Source of the DNA: a virus | Taxonomy: Duplodnaviria; Caudoviricetes | DNA: 34,126 nt | Virus record (IMG/VR): IMGVR_UViG_3300033067_000816 | Coordinates: 1-34,126 of that record | Strand: one strand, 5' to 3' | Part shown: positions 8,577 through 17,925 of the stretch, piece by piece | Layout: the number at the start of each line of letters is the position of its first letter | How positions within the stretch are numbered: position 1 is the first letter of the stretch | Made by a program: the position numbers and the translations under genes | The notes under the pieces: model-generated | What the model was told of the DNA's origin: nothing | Databases searched by the model: none | Seen by the model: only the letters and a program-made list of their open reading frames with translations

Positions 8577-8941
8577 AATACCTCCTGATCATCCTCCTGC
8601 TCTCAGCCTGCGGAGGTTTCCCGGTGCAAGTCGTGCAGACCACAAGTCCGAACGGCACGCCGGTAATTGAGCACATCGACGACCACGCCCTACCGACGAT
8701 CTGCGGCGACCACATGAGTGCTGCGGGATGCTGGACGGTGGATGCAGAAGGCAAGCACCACATTTGGCGTTTCTCGATGTCGGGAACGCCGGACACACGC
8801 GCCCACGAACTCGCGCACGTCGATTACGGCTACTGGCATGGACCGTGGAATGGCAAGTGCGCGAAGGTGATCAAAGACACGGCGCGCTACCGAGTCGGGC
8901 AAACTGTCTGCGTCGATCAGCGCGGCGAATCGGTGCATTGA
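8573..8941 (+). CDS. Lipoprotein with HEXXH motif (putative metallopeptidase)
   Basis: MKYLLIILLLSAC lipobox; AHELAHV. Confidence 0.7.
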   Translation: MKYLLIILLLSACGGFPVQVVQTTSPNGTPVIEHIDDHALPTICGDHMSAAGCWTVDAEGKHHIWRFSMSGTPDTRAHELAHVDYGYWHGPWNGKCAKVIKDTARYRVGQTVCVDQRGESVH

Positions 8942-8943
8942 TC

Positions 8944-9177
8944 GTGGATAGAGAGATCGCTCCGCCCGAGGATTACGCGGCCACGTTCGGGGGCTTCAAG
9001 CCTGGTCAGAACGTACTGGAGGATCTGGTCGCGCGATTCCACGACCGCCCAATTTACGTTCCGGGCGGCATCGAGGCGCAACGCGAGACGGAAAAGCGCG
9101 CCGCACAGAAGGAAGTCGTAGGATTCATCCTGCGGCGAATCGGTCACATCAAGGAGGATGGAAATGCTGAAGCGTAA
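8944..9177 (+). CDS. Small pre-scaffold protein (Bbp19-like)
   Basis: DYAATF...GQNVLEDL..RF...QKEVV.FI motif and position; start uncertain (8938 or 8944). Confidence 0.7.
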   Translation: MDREIAPPEDYAATFGGFKPGQNVLEDLVARFHDRPIYVPGGIEAQRETEKRAAQKEVVGFILRRIGHIKEDGNAEA

Positions 9178-10135
9178 TTGGTGGGTATTGCGGAACAAGG
9201 AGGATGGTGAGGGCGGATCGGCTGGCGGCGGCGGTGCTGCGTCCGGCGATACCGGATCACAGGGCGCGGCAGGTTCCGCCGCTCAGGGTGCCGGCGAACA
9301 ATCGCTGTTCGCGCAGATCGGAGCAGGCGACCAGGGCGACCAGGGTGCAGCCGGCCAAGGCGATGCCGGCGCTGCTGCTGGCGCAGGCACCGAGACGCCC
9401 GAGCAGATCGCGCTGAACGCCTCCGAGAAGGACACACGCCGCCCGCCGCATGTGCCGGCCAAGTTCTGGAATGCCGAGAAGGGCGAGATCAATGCCGAGG
9501 CGTGGGGCAACAGCACGAAGGCGCTCGAGTCCCGCATGAAGGACATCGGCTTGCCGCCGAAGTCCGCCGACGAGTACAAGTTCGACCCGCCGGCCGCATT
9601 CAAGGACGCCGGCCTCGACCTCGACCCGGCGTTGGCCAAGCAGATGCGCGACGATGCGCTCGCTCAGGGGCTGACCCAGAAGCAGTACGAGTGGATCATG
9701 GGCAAGTACTATTCCGAGCTTGAGGGCATGGTCAACATGTCCGCCAAGGTCGGCGGCGAACGGCTGCGGGCCGACTTGATGACGCACTACAAGACGCCCG
9801 AGGCCATGCAGCAGAACGTCAGCCTGGCACTGTCCGTGGTCAAAGCCTACGGCGACGATGCCGAACTGGCCGCCGCAATGGGGCCGCAGGGCAACACGCC
9901 GGCATGGGTCTATCGCGTTCTCGCCAAGGTCGGCAAGGAGTTGAAGGAAGACCCCGGCGCGCAGAATGATGGTATTCTTGCGCAAGACGACATCGGGGAA
10001 CTGATGCGAGGCAAGCCCGGCGACGAGGACGCCCCGTATTGGAACCCGCAGCACCCGCAACACAAGTCTGTCGTCGCCAAGGTTCAGCGGCACCACGAGG
10101 CGCAGAGTAACGCGCGGAAGCGGAAGGCCGCATAG
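9164..10135 (+). CDS. Capsid scaffolding/assembly protein
   Basis: Gly/Ala-rich N-terminus, VPAKFW, PPKSADEY, GLTQKQ, PYWNPQHPQH; immediately upstream of capsid gene. Confidence 0.85.
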   Translation: MLKRNWWVLRNKEDGEGGSAGGGGAASGDTGSQGAAGSAAQGAGEQSLFAQIGAGDQGDQGAAGQGDAGAAAGAGTETPEQIALNASEKDTRRPPHVPAKFWNAEKGEINAEAWGNSTKALESRMKDIGLPPKSADEYKFDPPAAFKDAGLDLDPALAKQMRDDALAQGLTQKQYEWIMGKYYSELEGMVNMSAKVGGERLRADLMTHYKTPEAMQQNVSLALSVVKAYGDDAELAAAMGPQGNTPAWVYRVLAKVGKELKEDPGAQNDGILAQDDIGELMRGKPGDEDAPYWNPQHPQHKSVVAKVQRHHEAQSNARKRKAA

Positions 10136-10327
10136 CAACAAGCGCCACCCGCCTTCGATCAACCCGAGAGGGCCGCAGGCGAGGCGCAGCAGGACACGCG
10201 GAACAACCGGCAACGGCCCGCAAACGTAGCGCCCGCAGCACCGCAGTCAGGCCCACCGGCCGAAGGCTAAATGGTGGAACAACCTGGAAAAGAGACGAAT
10301 CACTCAACTTTTTTTCAGGAGATCATC

Positions 10328-11194
10328 ATGTCCTTCCAAGTCACCGAAGCATTCGTGCAGCAGTTCAGCTCGAACTTCTACCATCTCTCGCAGCAAATGG
10401 AATCGCGTTTCGGCTCTGCCGTGCGCGTCGAAGCCGGCATCGTCGGCGACTCCAAGAAGATCAACCGCATCGGCGCGACCGCCGCCCAGAAGAAGACCAC
10501 GCGCCACGGCGATACCCCGCTGATCGAGACTCCGCACTCGACCCGCTGGATCGACCTGGACGATTACGAGTGGGCCGACCTAGTCGATGAACTCGACAAA
10601 AAGAAGATGCTTTCTTCTCCCGATTCCGAGTACCTGAAGGCCGGCATCTCGGCGATGAACCGCAGCAAGGACGACGTGATCTATGCCGCCATGCGCGGAT
10701 CGGCGCGCACCGCCTCGGGTACGACCGCCCTGCCGTCCGGCCAGAAGATCGCCGTCGGCGCTACCGGCCTGACCAAGGCCAAGCTGGTATCTGCGCGCAA
10801 GCTGTTCCGCAGCAACGAGGCGGACGGCGAGAACGGCGAGGAACTCTACATCACCTACGGTGCCGAACAGCTCGAAGACCTGCTGAACGATTCCAGCCTG
10901 ACCTCGCTGGAATACAACACGGTCATGTCGCTGCTGGAAGGCGACATCGCCAAGGGCCGCAAGCTGATGGGCTTCAAGCCGATCCCGTCCGAGCGCCTGA
11001 CGAAGGTCACCAATGACCGCTTCGTCTGCGCCTGGGCCAAGTCCGGCGTTGCCCTCGGCGTCGGTGCCGAAATCCAGACCCGCCTGACCGAACGCGCCGA
11101 TAAGTCCTACGCCATGCAGCCGTATGCCCGCATGTCGATTGGCGCCGTCCGCGTCGAGGAGGCCAAGGTCGTCGAGATCGCCTGCGTCGAGTAA
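10328..11194 (+). CDS. Major capsid protein
   Basis: CAGGAG RBS; MSFQVTEAFVQQFSSN..LSQQMESR, TRHGDTP, GAVRVEEAKVVEIAC. Confidence 0.92.
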   Translation: MSFQVTEAFVQQFSSNFYHLSQQMESRFGSAVRVEAGIVGDSKKINRIGATAAQKKTTRHGDTPLIETPHSTRWIDLDDYEWADLVDELDKKKMLSSPDSEYLKAGISAMNRSKDDVIYAAMRGSARTASGTTALPSGQKIAVGATGLTKAKLVSARKLFRSNEADGENGEELYITYGAEQLEDLLNDSSLTSLEYNTVMSLLEGDIAKGRKLMGFKPIPSERLTKVTNDRFVCAWAKSGVALGVGAEIQTRLTERADKSYAMQPYARMSIGAVRVEEAKVVEIACVE

Positions 11195-11209
11195 TCGACC
11201 AGGCAAAGC

Positions 11210-11234
11210 GCAGGGGCTTAACCGCCCCTGCTTT
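11210..11234 (+). terminator. Putative weak intrinsic terminator
   Basis: GCAGGGGC-loop-GCCCCTGC-TTT after capsid gene. Confidence 0.5.
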
Positions 11235-11273
11235 CGAAGCTGGGTATGAGGCCCACAACACAGGAGAAACATC

Positions 11274-11780
11274 ATGGCTGCTGAAAATCTGAAGTCCACC
11301 ATCGTCACCAATGCCGACGCTACCCCGGTCGATCTGACTCCGCCCTATCTGTCTCACGGTCGCATGCGCGAACAGGTCGCCATCATCGAAGGCGCTGGCG
11401 GCGACGCCGGCTCGACCTACCGCTTTGCGCGTGTCTGGTCCGGCTGGCGCATCTCCGACGTGATCTTCGCGTGCGACGATCTGTCGGGTGCCGGCGCAAC
11501 GCTCGATGTAGGCCTGTACCAGACCGCCGAGAACGGCGGCGCGGTCGTCGATGCCGACTTGTTCGCCAGTGCAATCGACGTGGCTACCGCCGCTGTCGCG
11601 CGTACCAGCATCATCAACGAGTCGGGCGTAATCAACATCGACGACTCCGAGAAGCGCGTCTGGGAAATGGCCGGCTTGTCGGCTGACCCGCAGCGATGGT
11701 ATGACATCGTGGGCACGTCGGGCACGGCGGCTGTTACCGGCACGATGATGCTCCAGGTGCGCTACGTCGACGGCACCTGA
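11274..11780 (+). CDS. Post-capsid virion protein (decoration/cement-like)
   Basis: AGGAG RBS; TLDVGLY...DADLFASA motif. Confidence 0.75.
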   Translation: MAAENLKSTIVTNADATPVDLTPPYLSHGRMREQVAIIEGAGGDAGSTYRFARVWSGWRISDVIFACDDLSGAGATLDVGLYQTAENGGAVVDADLFASAIDVATAAVARTSIINESGVINIDDSEKRVWEMAGLSADPQRWYDIVGTSGTAAVTGTMMLQVRYVDGT

Positions 11781-11787
11781 TCGGCCC

Positions 11788-11856
11788 CGGCACCTTGCGG
11801 AAGGGCGGTTCCTCCTCCTTTCCGCCCGCAACCCCTCCGCAGGGTGCCGCCTTTTC
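11788..11856 (+). terminator. Long hairpin / terminator after head genes
   Basis: CGGCACCTTGCGGA...TCCGCAGGGTGCCG followed by CCTTTT. Confidence 0.5.
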
Positions 11857-11877
11857 AACCGACCAGGGTAGCCCGAC

Positions 11878-12444
11878 ATGGCCACGTCCGAAGTCGAAAT
11901 CTGCCGAAACGCCCTGCTGCTGCTGGGCGATGCCGAAATCTCGTCGTTCGACGACGAAGGCGACCGGGTAACGCTGATTGCAAATCTCTGGACGAATGCC
12001 CGCGATGCGGTGCTGAGGTCGCATCCTTGGAACTGCGCCATCAAGCGCGTAGCACTGGCACCGGAAGCGACGGGCCCTGACTTCGACTACGCCTATTCCT
12101 TCCTGCTGCCGGGCGATTGGCTGCGAACGCTGTCCGTCGGACTTAAGGGCGACGCGCCAGCCTACGAACACGAGAACGGCCGCATCCTGATGGACGATGC
12201 CGTCTGCTATTTCCGCTATGTCTTTCGCAACGAGAACATTGCCAGCTACGACGCGACGCTCGTCGCCGCTTTGGAAGCCTACATGGCAATGCTGGCCGCC
12301 TACCCGATCACCAAATCGGCAGCTGTTCAGGAACGCATGGCAAGCCTGTACGAAGGCCAACTCAAGCGCGCCAGGTCAATCGACGGGCAAGAGCAACCGC
12401 CCGAGGACTTCGGCGACTTTCCCCTACTCGCGGTCCGGAGGTAA
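11878..12444 (+). CDS. Tail tubular protein A (adaptor)
   Basis: EICRNALLLLG...VLRSHPWNCAIKR...Y.F.LPGDWLR. Confidence 0.88.
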   Translation: MATSEVEICRNALLLLGDAEISSFDDEGDRVTLIANLWTNARDAVLRSHPWNCAIKRVALAPEATGPDFDYAYSFLLPGDWLRTLSVGLKGDAPAYEHENGRILMDDAVCYFRYVFRNENIASYDATLVAALEAYMAMLAAYPITKSAAVQERMASLYEGQLKRARSIDGQEQPPEDFGDFPLLAVRR

Positions 12445-12447
12445 GCC

Positions 12448-14847
12448 GTGCCGCGCATCTCGACAATCCAGACCAATTTCACGGCCGGGGAGATTTCCCC
12501 TCGACTGCTTGGCCGCGTCGATGTTGCGCGCTACGCCAATGCGGTCAAGCGCATGGAGAACTTCTACCCGCTGGTGCATGGCGGCGCGCGTCGGCGCATG
12601 GGAACGCGCTACCAAGCCGAGGTCAAGGATTCATCGAAGCTCGCCAGGCTGATCCCGTTCGTGTTCTCGCGGACGCAGGCATTCGTGCTGGAGGTCGGCG
12701 ATACCTATGTCCGCTTCTACGCTCCCGCCGGCCAAGTGCTCGACGGCGGATCGCCCTACGAAGTCGCCGGGCCGTGGCCGCAGGCGGCGCTGGACGACAT
12801 CCACTACGCGCAATCCGCCGATACGATGCTGCTCACGCACCCGGATTACGCGATGCGCTCGCTCGTGCGGTTCGCAAACACGTCCTGGAAGCTCTCGGAA
12901 AAGACCTTCGTCGTTCCGGCATCCGAGGAAAAGGGCGACAAGCCGGCAACGACGCTCACGCTCTCGGCGGCCACGGTCGGCACGGGCAGGACGGCAACGG
13001 CCGGCGCGGCCAGCTTCGAGGCATCCGACGTAGGCCGGCAGATCACCAGCGGCGCCGGGCTGGCTACCATCACCGCCTACACGTCCACCACGGTGGTCAC
13101 GATTACGATTGTCGATGCCTTCGCCTCCGTCGGGCCAATTGCTTCGCAGTCTTGGACGATCACCGAATCGCCGAAGACCACGCTTACCCCGTCGGCGAAA
13201 GACCCGGTAGGCGGTGCCGTCACGCTCACATCCGGCGCGGCCGCATTCAAGAATTCCGCGCAAGTGACCGACATCGGCAAGTTCGCCGAGATCAACGACG
13301 GACTGGTGGAGATTACCGGATTCACATCCTCAACCGTAGTCACCGGCATCATCCGCACCGTCCTGACCGCAACCAGCGCGGCCGCGTCCGGCGGCTGGGC
13401 GCTGCGCTCGGCGATTTGGAACGCCACCGACGGCTACCCGCGCGCCGTGGCCATCCACGAGCAGCGGCTGGTGCTCGGCGGATCGAACGGCTACCCGAAC
13501 CGGATCGACTTGTCGAAGATCGGCGAACTGTTCAACTTCGCCGACGGCATCAACGACGACGACGGATTCGCCTACAGCATCTCGGGCGAGTACAACGCCA
13601 TCGAGCATTTCCCGACTCTGCGCGGAATTTTGCCGCTCACCTTCGGCGGCGGATGGTTGCTGGCCGGAGGCGTCGAAAAGCCGCTGACCCCGACAACGCC
13701 TCAACTCAAGGACCAGACCAGCTTCGGCGCGTCGAACGTCCGCCCGGTGCGCGTGGCGAACGAGATCATCTACATTCAGCGCGGCGGCCGGCGAGTGCGC
13801 GCCCTGGGCTACCGCTTCGATACCGACAGCTACAACGCCGCCGACCTATCCGTGTTTGCCGAGCACATCACCGAAGGCGGGATCGTGCAGATGGCCTACA
13901 GCCAGGAGCCGGACCCGATGTTGTGGCTGGTGCGGGACGATGGCGTTCTCGTCGGCTGCGCAATTGATCGAGATCAAGAGGTCATCGGATTCTGCCGGCT
14001 TGTCACCGACGGATGGGTGGAGTCCGTTGCGGTCATCCCGAACGGCGACGTTGATCAGGTCTGGTTGCTGGTCAAGCGAATCGTCGATGGTGCCACGGTG
14101 CGCTACGTCGAGACGCTGGAGGACGGGTTGCAAACCGATTCCTGCATCACCGGCGCGGTGCCGTCTAAGACCATCGAGGCGATCACATGGGCGGCGGGCG
14201 TGGTCACGGTCACGATCACCGGGCATGGCTACAGCACTGCCGACGAGGTGAAGGTTGCCGACATGGACCCGGCCGGCTACAACGGGCGCTATGTCATCAC
14301 CGTCACGGGGGCCAACAGCTTCACCTACCCACTGACCGACGACCCTGGCACGGCTATCGACTTCGGCGTCGTCTATCGCGGCAAGACTACGGCATGGTCC
14401 GGACTGGATCATCTGGAAGGCGAGACGGTCGATATTGTTGCCGACGGCGAAGTGCAGCCGCAGCAGACCGTCACAGCCGGCGCGGTCACGCTCGCGGAAG
14501 CGGCCTTTGAGGTCGAGATCGGATTGCACTACGACGCGGAGATGGAACTGTTGCCGCCGCCGGTAGGAACCGGGCAGGGCACGGCACAGGGAAACGCGAT
14601 GTCGACCCATGAGGTTGTCGTCCGCGTGCATGACACCATTGGCGGGCGGATCAACGGCAAGGCCATCCCTTACCGCAGTTTCGGTGCTTCGGTGCTGAAT
14701 CAGGCTGTGCAGCCGGCATCTCAGGACATCCGGATGTCCAAACTCGGATGGACGAAGGGCGACGAGACGATTACCTTGACGCAGGACCAGCCGTTGCCGA
14801 TGCAAGTGCTGGCCGTAATCCGCCGCATGACGGTCAACGACGGGTAA
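12448..14847 (+). CDS. Tail tubular protein B (nozzle)
   Basis: 799 aa; IQTNFTAGEISPRL.GR.D, GGARRRMGT, YAQSAD, GYPRAV..HEQRL. Confidence 0.9.
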   Translation: MPRISTIQTNFTAGEISPRLLGRVDVARYANAVKRMENFYPLVHGGARRRMGTRYQAEVKDSSKLARLIPFVFSRTQAFVLEVGDTYVRFYAPAGQVLDGGSPYEVAGPWPQAALDDIHYAQSADTMLLTHPDYAMRSLVRFANTSWKLSEKTFVVPASEEKGDKPATTLTLSAATVGTGRTATAGAASFEASDVGRQITSGAGLATITAYTSTTVVTITIVDAFASVGPIASQSWTITESPKTTLTPSAKDPVGGAVTLTSGAAAFKNSAQVTDIGKFAEINDGLVEITGFTSSTVVTGIIRTVLTATSAAASGGWALRSAIWNATDGYPRAVAIHEQRLVLGGSNGYPNRIDLSKIGELFNFADGINDDDGFAYSISGEYNAIEHFPTLRGILPLTFGGGWLLAGGVEKPLTPTTPQLKDQTSFGASNVRPVRVANEIIYIQRGGRRVRALGYRFDTDSYNAADLSVFAEHITEGGIVQMAYSQEPDPMLWLVRDDGVLVGCAIDRDQEVIGFCRLVTDGWVESVAVIPNGDVDQVWLLVKRIVDGATVRYVETLEDGLQTDSCITGAVPSKTIEAITWAAGVVTVTITGHGYSTADEVKVADMDPAGYNGRYVITVTGANSFTYPLTDDPGTAIDFGVVYRGKTTAWSGLDHLEGETVDIVADGEVQPQQTVTAGAVTLAEAAFEVEIGLHYDAEMELLPPPVGTGQGTAQGNAMSTHEVVVRVHDTIGGRINGKAIPYRSFGASVLNQAVQPASQDIRMSKLGWTKGDETITLTQDQPLPMQVLAVIRRMTVNDG

Positions 14848-14856
14848 GATTCCGAC

Positions 14857-15300
14857 ATGCTGCGCGACGCCATCATTGCAGACTATCCGACCTTGCTGGA
14901 CATGGCCGAGGAAATGCACGCCGAAAGCCGGTTCGCGCGGTTCAACTTCGACCGCATGAAGCTGGCCGGCGTGTTTGATCTTGCGCGGGAACGCGGATTT
15001 TTCAAGGTCGCCGAGGACAAGGATCGCGCGATCATCGGCGCAATGGTGGCGATGGCGTGGGAAATGTGGTTCGGGCGCGATTTGCACTCGTCCGACCTCG
15101 GGCTGTTCGTTTCACCAGGGAAGCGCGGCGGGATTGCGGCGGCGCGGCTGGTGGATGCCTATGTCGAGTGGGCGAAGTCCAAGGGCTGCGCCGAGATCGG
15201 CATCGGCACCACGACCGGAGTGAACACGGAATTGGCCGGGCGGCTGTACGAAAGTCGCGGCTTCGAGCGCGTCGGCGCTGTTTATCGGATGGGGGCATAG
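14857..15300 (+). CDS. GNAT-family acetyltransferase
   Basis: LFVSPGKRGG, RLYESRGF; usual position after nozzle gene. Confidence 0.8.
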   Translation: MLRDAIIADYPTLLDMAEEMHAESRFARFNFDRMKLAGVFDLARERGFFKVAEDKDRAIIGAMVAMAWEMWFGRDLHSSDLGLFVSPGKRGGIAAARLVDAYVEWAKSKGCAEIGIGTTTGVNTELAGRLYESRGFERVGAVYRMGA

Positions 15301-15301
15301 C

Positions 15302-15820
15302 ATGTGCACCGGCTTTGAATGGACTCTCGCCAACAGCCTAGCGGTCGCCAGCACCGCGATGCAGGCGCTCGGCTCAATCTCGCAGGGAAACCAGCGGCAA
15401 CAGCAGGCCGACTACCAGGCCGCGCAGTCTGCCGCCGATGCGCAAGCCATGCGCGAACAAGCAACCATCGACGCCGACCGCGCACGCAAGGCCGGGCAGC
15501 GGCAGCGCTCGCAGGCCATCGCGCAGCTTGCCGCCTCGGGCGTTGAAGTCGGATCGGGGACCGCGCTCAAGATCGGGCAGACCATCGACACCGGGGCCGA
15601 GCAGGACGCACAGACAACGCTGCTTACCGGGCGCTACCGATCCGAGAATCTGGACCGCAACGCCGACTTGTTGCGAATCTCGGGCAGCAACGCGCAAACG
15701 GCGGGCTATGTCGGGGCGGGTTCGTCGCTTCTGGCCGGGGCGTCGAAAGTTGGCGCGGGCTGGTCGAAGTCGCCGCAGGCCAACGACCGGGGATATAGCT
15801 ACTACGGGGACGACTCGTGA
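15302..15820 (+). CDS. Internal virion (ejection) protein, small
   Basis: MCTG... start, Ala/Gln rich, AASGVEVGSGT. Confidence 0.8.
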   Translation: MCTGFEWTLANSLAVASTAMQALGSISQGNQRQQQADYQAAQSAADAQAMREQATIDADRARKAGQRQRSQAIAQLAASGVEVGSGTALKIGQTIDTGAEQDAQTTLLTGRYRSENLDRNADLLRISGSNAQTAGYVGAGSSLLAGASKVGAGWSKSPQANDRGYSYYGDDS

Positions 15821-17925
15821 AGATCAACCTCGGCAACTTCGGAAACGTCGGGCTGGAAGTCCCGCAGCAGAGCGCGCGCGGGGCACCGGCCGGGGCATTC
15901 GGCACGGGCGAGGCGTTGAGCGATGCCGGGCGCGTTGTCGGCGGCGTAGCCGACAGGATGCTTGCCGAGCAGCAGGCGGAACAACGGGCAGCGGAACGGG
16001 AACGGGACGCGGAAGCCAAGGCGGCGGCGCGCGAGGCGGATCGGGTCAAGTCGATCACCGCGCAGGCCGAGGCGAAAAACGCGCTGGCTGATCTGCACGA
16101 CGGCATCGGGCGCGGGCTGCTTGACGGCAGTCTCGACAAGTCCAAGGTCGGCGAGGACTTCACCGCGCAATCGCAGAAGATCATTTCCAAATCGCTGGCC
16201 GGTGTTTCGCCCGAGCATCAGCAGTTAGTCAAGGCGTCGCTGATTGACGACGTGGGGCGCTATCAGCGCGGCGTGACTTCGCTTGTCGACCAGAAGAACC
16301 GGGCGGACATCGGCGCGGGGATGGCGTCCTACATCGAACAGATGCAGCGGTATGCCCAGCGCGGGGAAGGCGAACGGCAGGAAGCCATCGCCAACATCGA
16401 GGCATTCGTGTCGTCGGCGGGGCCGGCGGCGGGGCTGGACGCGGCGAAGACATCCGCGACAATCCAGAACTTCAAGGAGGGCGTGACTTTCCAGTATCTC
16501 GACAACGCCGTAACCAAGGCGCAGCGCGACGGCAAAGCGCTCGGCAGCCTGGCCGCATCGCTCGACAAGTACCCGGAGCTTGACCCGGCAAAGCGGAATT
16601 TCCTTGAGGCGAAGATTCAGCGCAATCAGCAACACCTGGCGACGATGGGCGAGGTTGCCGAGCGCCGCCGCCTGTCGAACCTCAACACGATGGCGAACCG
16701 GCTTTCGTGGTACGTCGAGAACGGCCGCGAGATTCCCGCCAGCGAGTTTTCCGCCTTCGAGAAGGGAAGCAAGGGGACCGCATTCGAGGGCTTCGCCGCG
16801 TCGATTACCGCCGAACAGAAAGCCGTTGCCGAGTTCTCGCGCATGTCTCCCGTGCAGATGCAGACCCGCGTCAAGGAACTGGCCGCGAGCTACGGCGCCA
16901 CGCCGACGAAAGAGCAGATTCAGCACCTGGACAAGGTAGGTAAGTTCGTGCAGAACAGCATCGGCCTGATGAAATCTGCCCCGCTGGAGTACGCGGCGCA
17001 GCGCGAGGGCGCGATTGTCGAACCGCTGGACTTCGGCAAAATGGATTCCTGGGCGTCGAACCTGGCGAACCGAACCGCGATCCTGACCGAGCAGAGCCGG
17101 CGCAACGGGACCGAACCGCGCGGGCTGCTGAAGCAGGAAGCGGCGGCGCTATCGGGATTCCTTGCCGGCGCATCCGACACAGCGAAGACCGAGGCATTGA
17201 AGGCGCTACGCAAGGGCTTTGCCGACGACAAGGTATTCCGCGCCACGATGCAGCAGATTGCGCCGGATTCGCCTGTCACTGCATTGGCGGGCATGATTGC
17301 CACGCGCGAGCGCCCGATGAAGATTTCCGGATTCTTCAGCGACGAGACATTCACCCCCGGCAGCACGGCGGGACTGCTGCTGGCCGGCGAGCGCCTGCTG
17401 AATCCCGGCAAGGATGCGAAGGGGCAGGACGGCAAGCCGACCTTCCCAATGCCGAAGGATACCGACATCCGGATGGAGTTCAACGCCAAGGCTGGCGAGG
17501 CATTCGCCGGAAGCCCACAGGCGTATCAACTCACCTACCAAGCCACGCGCGCCGCCTATGCCGCGCTCACGGCGCAGAAGGGAGACTTTTCCGGGGTGCT
17601 GAACAAGCCGATGCTGAAGGAGGCCATCCAGCGCGCAACGGGCGGTATTGCCGACGTCAACGGCGGTGTGGTCGTTACGCCGTGGGGTATGGATCAATCG
17701 ACATTCCGCGAGACCGCGCGCCGCGAATTTGGCCGCGCCGTGGATCAGGCCGGAATCCCGCAGATGAAAGACCAGTGGCCGCGCCTGCGCTTGCAGAACA
17801 CGAAGGGCGGCTATCTGGTGAAGTCCGGCACCGGCTACCTGCTGGGCAAGGACGGGAATCCGGTGCTGCTGCGCGTGAATGACCCGAACGACCCGAGCGG
17901 GCTGGCTGACCGGATTCCGAAATGA
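15817..17925 (+). CDS. Internal virion (ejection) protein
   Basis: 702-aa helical protein, coupled, ejectosome position. Confidence 0.75.
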   Translation: MKINLGNFGNVGLEVPQQSARGAPAGAFGTGEALSDAGRVVGGVADRMLAEQQAEQRAAERERDAEAKAAAREADRVKSITAQAEAKNALADLHDGIGRGLLDGSLDKSKVGEDFTAQSQKIISKSLAGVSPEHQQLVKASLIDDVGRYQRGVTSLVDQKNRADIGAGMASYIEQMQRYAQRGEGERQEAIANIEAFVSSAGPAAGLDAAKTSATIQNFKEGVTFQYLDNAVTKAQRDGKALGSLAASLDKYPELDPAKRNFLEAKIQRNQQHLATMGEVAERRRLSNLNTMANRLSWYVENGREIPASEFSAFEKGSKGTAFEGFAASITAEQKAVAEFSRMSPVQMQTRVKELAASYGATPTKEQIQHLDKVGKFVQNSIGLMKSAPLEYAAQREGAIVEPLDFGKMDSWASNLANRTAILTEQSRRNGTEPRGLLKQEAAALSGFLAGASDTAKTEALKALRKGFADDKVFRATMQQIAPDSPVTALAGMIATRERPMKISGFFSDETFTPGSTAGLLLAGERLLNPGKDAKGQDGKPTFPMPKDTDIRMEFNAKAGEAFAGSPQAYQLTYQATRAAYAALTAQKGDFSGVLNKPMLKEAIQRATGGIADVNGGVVVTPWGMDQSTFRETARREFGRAVDQAGIPQMKDQWPRLRLQNTKGGYLVKSGTGYLLGKDGNPVLLRVNDPNDPSGLADRIPK

